DNA of 32,000 nucleotides, taken from Candidatus Hadarchaeota archaeon (lineage in GTDB: Archaea; Hadarchaeota; Hadarchaeia; Hadarchaeales; Hadarchaeaceae). Below, piece by piece: positions 28,090 to 32,000 of the stretch (the stretch's first letter is position 1; each line of letters begins with the position of its first letter). The notes under the pieces are model-generated. The model ran no database searches and was not told the origin of the DNA. It worked only from the letters and a program-made list of their open reading frames with translations. The position numbers and the translations under genes were made by a program. The stretch lies in assembly GCA_964514965.1 (NCBI GenBank), contig CAZETV010000001.1, forward strand, positions 993,063 to 1,025,062. The letters run 5' to 3'.

Positions 28090-28143
28090 ATACGTATAAT
28101 ACGTATGGTATTAAGTATTTATACTTATCCATATAATACGTAT
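28090..28143. promoter_or_regulatory. operator-like array of three ATACGTAT palindromes
   Basis: Perfect palindrome ATACGTAT at 28090-28097, 28099-28106 and 28136-28143, plus TAAGTAT-TT-ATACTTA at 28112-28127. It sits between the transposase start and the RHH gene. Confidence 0.55.
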
Positions 28144-28146
28144 TGT

Positions 28147-28314
28147 ATGTCAAGAACACAAAAACAAGAAAATAAAGCGATACCTAAGACAATTACGATT
28201 TTCCCCGAACATCAAAAATTCATAGACGACACTTCTTTGAACCTTTCTAAATTTGTTCAAAAAAAGATTGACGAAGAAATTGAAACAAGGAGGTCGGCAA
28301 ATGCCAAAAAATAA
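28147..28314 (+). CDS. small ribbon-helix-helix-like protein
   Basis: MSRTQKQENKAIPKTITIFPEHQKFIDDTSLNLSKFVQKKIDEEIETRRSANAKK: short beta strand plus two helices typical of archaeal RHH/antitoxin-like proteins. Confidence 0.6.
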   Translation: MSRTQKQENKAIPKTITIFPEHQKFIDDTSLNLSKFVQKKIDEEIETRRSANAKK

Positions 28315-28759
28315 ATTCTGCAAACTGGAGAATCTCAGAAATGAAAGCGATGTCGAGCAGTTTTTGGTTTACCCTATGCTCAACGATTTAGGTTATACTG
28401 CGGACTATATTGAAACTAAGGCATCGATAAAACAAGTCAATATTGGAAAAGAAAAAAGGAAACGTGCCTACCGGCCCGACTATGTCTGTTATTCGGACAA
28501 AAAACACCAACACCCCGTTCTAATAGTCGATGCAAAGAATCCCGACGAAGACCCTGAAGACGGAGTAATCGATGCTCAACTTTATGCTTCGGTGATTCGC
28601 AGATCACTGAGTAGACCGAAGCCAGACCAGTTTTGTATAGGAACCAACGGAAGAAAAACGATTATCAAACACTACGACTCAAGCACAACTGAATACACAC
28701 TTGATTTCGCTGAATTAGGTGAGGGAATTCCAGATACGAAGCTTTCAAAAATGACATGA
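28301..28759 (+). CDS. stand-alone type I restriction HsdR_N-like PD-(D/E)xK nuclease
   Basis: ATG at 28301 preceded by AGGAGGT. RPDYVCYSDKKHQHPVLIVDAKNPDED supplies a PD...DxK core. Confidence 0.8.
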   Translation: MPKNKFCKLENLRNESDVEQFLVYPMLNDLGYTADYIETKASIKQVNIGKEKRKRAYRPDYVCYSDKKHQHPVLIVDAKNPDEDPEDGVIDAQLYASVIRRSLSRPKPDQFCIGTNGRKTIIKHYDSSTTEYTLDFAELGEGIPDTKLSKMT

Positions 28760-30957
28760 ATCGATTTTCCCGGACAAAATCCTCCGTGATGCAGTCGGAA
28801 ATATTCGAATTCAAGAAACCAGATTTGACTGAAATAAAGGGAATCTTTGAAACATGCCATAACATCATTTGGCGGAAAGAGGTAACTAACCCTCAATCAG
28901 CTTTTTATGAGTTTTCGAAATTGATGTTTGTAAAAATAAAAGAGGACAAGAGACTAAGAATGGATGCGGACATGCGCAAACTAATCGACGAAGGTAGACC
29001 GCTACCAATAGATAGAATAAGGTACTGTGTTTCGTGGATTGAACTAAGCGAAGAATCCGAACCGAATCCTATAGACACAATTCTATTTCGCCAACTTCGA
29101 GAGGAAATAGAATTGGAGATTTTGCACAAAAGGAAAAAACGGATGTTTGGGAAGGATGAACGCATAGACCTCAAACCAAGTACTGTTAAAGAAGTAGTCA
29201 GATTAATCGAACATTATGACCTCTACGGAATTGACGAAGACCTCAACGGTAGACTTTTCGAAACGTTTCTGAGTGCAACCATGAGGGGCAAAGAATTAGG
29301 TCAGTTTTTTACGCCGCGGTCAGTGGTTGACTTTATGACCTTGCTTGCAGACCCGTTTGTGGCAAAAGAAAAAATCGATAGCGTCATTGATGCTTGTTGC
29401 GGGACTGGTGGGTTTCTGATAGAAGCTATGGCACAAATGATTGCCAAAGTGCAAAACCCACCCTTATCAAGAACTTTAAGCTTGAAGGAAAGGCACGAAA
29501 TAATGAAGAAAATCAGAGATCAACAACTTATGGGAATCGACTTAGGAAAAAGTCCGCCCGTAGCACGTATAGCAAGGATTAACATGTATTTGCATGGCGA
29601 TGGTGGAAGTCGAATTTATTTTGCTGACGGATTGGACAAACAAGCAAGAATAGAAAAAACACTGGAACCAGAACTAAAAGCAGAGAGAGAAGAATTGCGG
29701 GAGTTATTCGTTGAAAAGAATACAAAATTCCAAATTGCTCTGACAAATCCTCCATTTGCAATGCGTTACAAAAAGGAAGATGCCGACCAAGGGCCAGTGC
29801 TTAAAGAATACTCATTAGCAAAAGATTGTAGTTCCCTAAAGTCCAGTGTGATGTTTCTTGAAAGATATAATGATTTGTTGGAGTCTGGAGGCAAGTTAGT
29901 AACAATAATGGACGAATCCATACTGAATACCGCTGGCGCAGAGCCAATTCGGCGTTGGTTACTCAATAATTATATTATCAGGGCAGTAATTTCATTGCCA
30001 AGAAATACCTTTGTTAAAGCTGAGAGTATTGTGAAAACTTCGATTCTATATCTGGTCAAGAAACAAGACCCTGAAGAACCCCAAGATGAAATTTTCATGG
30101 CAATAAGTGAGAATGTAGGACACGCTGATTCTGGGCGTGAAACACCGGACCTTAGTGATTTGCCCGCAATATTACAAAAATTCAAGGAGTTTGAGCAAGG
30201 GAAGTTGATGGCTTCAAAAAAACCAATGTGCTTTGTTATTACTGGGGAAAACCTACAAACTGAAAATCGGACGCTTAGAATAGACACACAATTCTTTGAC
30301 CCAAGATATCCAAAGACATTAAATATTCTAAAGAAACTCTCTGAAAGAAAGGGATGGAAATTAGAATCCTTGGAATCTTTGCTAAGTAATTCCAAAACAA
30401 ATCTGGCTGGCGGGGCCACACCCCGAGGCGCAAGATATGTGGAGAAGGGCATCCCTTTTATTAGAATTCAAAACGTGAGGCCCAACAAATTAGAATTAGA
30501 TGATGTGAAATACATTATTAGGGCCTTTCACGACGGCGAACTCAAACGATCTCAACTGAAACAAAAAGACGTTCTTTTGACAATCACGGGGAGCTATGGA
30601 ATCTCCGCGGTTGTTCCCGAAGACATGGGCGAAGCCAATATTAACCAGCATGTTGTAAAGCTCGAAGTAAATCGGGAAATAATAAATCCTGAATACCTTG
30701 CTTGTTTTCTCAATACCCAGATGTGTAAACGCCAATTTGACCGCTCCGTAACTGGCGGCACAAGACCAGCACTTGACTATGACGCAATTAAGACCACAAT
30801 GATTCTTTATCCTGTTGATAAAAACTCCCAAGACAAGATAGTCCATAAAGTCTTTGACATCCAGCGAAAAGCAGAATCAATATTTCAAGAAGCAAAAGCA
30901 AAAATGAACGAAAGTAAAGGCGTCTTGTTGAAGTGGGATGACCCCTTCTTGTCATAA
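28756..30957 (+). CDS. N6-adenine DNA methyltransferase fused to a specificity (HsdS) domain (HsdM-HsdS)
   Basis: GQFFTPRSVVDFM, VIDACCGTGGFLIEA, TNPPF; the C-terminus resembles one HsdS TRD (IPFIRIQNVRPNKLELDDVKYI...LKQKDVLLTITGSYGISAVV...INQHVVKL) plus a spacer helix. Confidence 0.92.
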   Translation: MNRFSRTKSSVMQSEIFEFKKPDLTEIKGIFETCHNIIWRKEVTNPQSAFYEFSKLMFVKIKEDKRLRMDADMRKLIDEGRPLPIDRIRYCVSWIELSEESEPNPIDTILFRQLREEIELEILHKRKKRMFGKDERIDLKPSTVKEVVRLIEHYDLYGIDEDLNGRLFETFLSATMRGKELGQFFTPRSVVDFMTLLADPFVAKEKIDSVIDACCGTGGFLIEAMAQMIAKVQNPPLSRTLSLKERHEIMKKIRDQQLMGIDLGKSPPVARIARINMYLHGDGGSRIYFADGLDKQARIEKTLEPELKAEREELRELFVEKNTKFQIALTNPPFAMRYKKEDADQGPVLKEYSLAKDCSSLKSSVMFLERYNDLLESGGKLVTIMDESILNTAGAEPIRRWLLNNYIIRAVISLPRNTFVKAESIVKTSILYLVKKQDPEEPQDEIFMAISENVGHADSGRETPDLSDLPAILQKFKEFEQGKLMASKKPMCFVITGENLQTENRTLRIDTQFFDPRYPKTLNILKKLSERKGWKLESLESLLSNSKTNLAGGATPRGARYVEKGIPFIRIQNVRPNKLELDDVKYIIRAFHDGELKRSQLKQKDVLLTITGSYGISAVVPEDMGEANINQHVVKLEVNREIINPEYLACFLNTQMCKRQFDRSVTGGTRPALDYDAIKTTMILYPVDKNSQDKIVHKVFDIQRKAESIFQEAKAKMNESKGVLLKWDDPFLS

Positions 30958-31006
30958 CTCCAAGAAACCCAATTTTAAATCCCAACTCCCTTTCTTTACA
31001 CCCGCC

Positions 31007-31045
31007 CGACTTTCTTTACAGAAGGCACTTTCTTTACAAAGCCAG
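31007..31045. repeat. short tandem motif unit (CTTTCTTTACA type)
   Basis: CGACTTTCTTTACAGAAGGCACTTTCTTTACAAAGCCAG. A further TTTCTTTACA copy lies at 30991-31000. Confidence 0.6.
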
Positions 31046-31102
31046 TGAATAGAAAAACTTTAAACTGAGCCATGATAAAAAAACAGTTGAGGTGAAAACT
31101 AC

Positions 31103-31297
31103 ATGAGAAAAACTAAGTTGTTGAAGATTTACCAAGATAGAAAGTCAGGTGCCTTATTTGTTCGTTCTACCAAAGTCGATGAAAATGACGATTTTGTCCT
31201 TAAGTCTGCCAAAGATGGGAAAGCTTTAGGCCCAAAGAAGACAAGCAACGAAGAACTCGGCATGTGGATTCGTAAAATTCTCGAAAAATGTGAGTAA
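31103..31297 (+). CDS. small hypothetical protein (64 aa)
   Basis: MRKTKLLKIYQDRKSGALFVRSTKVDENDDFVLKSAKDGKALGPKKTSNEELGMWIRKILEKCE. Upstream TTTAAA box and GAGGTG RBS. Confidence 0.55.
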   Translation: MRKTKLLKIYQDRKSGALFVRSTKVDENDDFVLKSAKDGKALGPKKTSNEELGMWIRKILEKCE

Positions 31298-31316
31298 CCC
31301 TTTTCAAAGCTCACAT

Positions 31317-31357
31317 CGACTTTTGCAACAGAAAACCGACTTTTGCAACAAAGCCAG
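31317..31357. repeat. short tandem motif unit (CTTTTGCAACA type)
   Basis: CGACTTTTGCAACA at 31317-31330 and 31337-31350, followed by AAGCCAG. ACTTTTGCAACA also occurs at 26869-26880. Confidence 0.6.
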
Positions 31358-31430
31358 GATTTGAGGAAAATTTATAAACCAGGAAAAGAGAGGGTACGCT
31401 CATAAAGAGTCGTTTTAGCAGTCATGAGCA

Positions 31431-32000
31431 TCAAACAGTTTCAAGTCCTCCTCTGACAGTGGAAATTTTTACTTTTTTCAATCCTTCTTTTTTTGCTGTG
31501 CGTGCGAGTTCTAGCAAGCGTTCGCGGTCGGGCATAGGAAGCTTTCGGAAGTCCTGGTCGAAAGTGCGCTGGTTGCGGAACTGTTGGAGACGCAAACAAT
31601 CAACGCCTTTAACGTCGTTCGCTATCCGCGCTATGGTTCTCTCGTCGTCATTCAGTGTCGGCACTACCGTGGTACGCGCTTCGATTTCGGCTTTTGAGCT
31701 GATTACGAGCTTTAGGCTTTCTTTAACTTTGTCAGTTAAGTCTGGCACCCGCATTTGACCAGTCGCTCGGGCATAGAGTTTTGAATCACTCAGAGGTGCC
31801 TTGATGTCGATTGCGACGAAATCTAGATGAGGCAACAAACGTTCAAGCGTTTTGGGGTTGCTCCCGTTTGTTTCTATAGCGCAATAGAATCCGAGTCCTT
31901 TCGATTTTTTCAAAATATCTAAGCAAGCTTCGGGCTGGAGGAGCGGCTCCCCTCCTGTGATCAAGATCGTGTCGACGAGAGGTCCGAGCCTCTTGATTTG
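31431..32000 (-). CDS. radical SAM protein (NrdG-type activating-enzyme-like), N-terminus beyond the window
   Basis: ILITGGEPLLQPEACLDILKK...ETNGSNPKTLERLLPHLDFVAIDIKAPLSD. The frame is open to the window edge. Confidence 0.8.
   Translation of the reverse strand, partial: QIKRLGPLVDTILITGGEPLLQPEACLDILKKSKGLGFYCAIETNGSNPKTLERLLPHLDFVAIDIKAPLSDSKLYARATGQMRVPDLTDKVKESLKLVISSKAEIEARTTVVPTLNDDERTIARIANDVKGVDCLRLQQFRNQRTFDQDFRKLPMPDRERLLELARTAKKEGLKKVKISTVRGGLETV

Noticed and set aside
28090-28143. Palindrome array as the terminal inverted repeat of the transposase element
   Set aside because: No matching sequence is seen at the other end of the transposase gene (near 26860-26900), so an operator role is preferred.
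1-32000. CRISPR array or tRNA genes
   Set aside because: No regularly spaced 24-40 bp direct repeats and no complete cloverleaf were seen. The GTGGTCGAGATTCAC hairpin near 6000 resembles a T-arm but has no tRNA context.

Overview
This is a compact archaeal chromosome segment. The supporting evidence is L10e, Pth2, split PheS/PheT, a digeranylgeranyl-lipid reductase, class III signal-peptide pilins and TTTAWA-type promoters. Left part (1-13.9 kb): ppdK (partial), agmatinase, rpl10e, TrkA-like protein, DRG/TGS-type GTPase with an atypical G3 motif, an unannotated structured-RNA candidate (~5821-6060), geranylgeranyl reductase, DUF1616-like membrane protein, pth2, thiL, a subtilase-like protein lacking the Ser motif paired with a small membrane protein, and pheS-pheT. 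Middle (14.2-26.7 kb): a large type IV pilus-like locus with a secretion ATPase, two TadC/T2SF membrane proteins, an HTH protein, three class III pilins, and an opposite-strand operon of seven pilin-like proteins plus a DUF2101-like membrane protein. It is followed by two MinD-like ATPases, one with an Arg in place of the Walker A Lys. Right part (26.8-31.4 kb): an accessory region with a SWIM-finger DDE transposase and a compact restriction-modification operon. That operon encodes an RHH protein, a stand-alone HsdR_N-like nuclease and an HsdM-HsdS fusion, with no translocase visible. An ATACGTAT palindrome array precedes it, and short tandem motifs bracket a small orphan gene. The window ends in a partial radical SAM gene. 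No CRISPR array, rRNA or convincing tRNA was seen. All family calls come from reading motifs; no database search was run.
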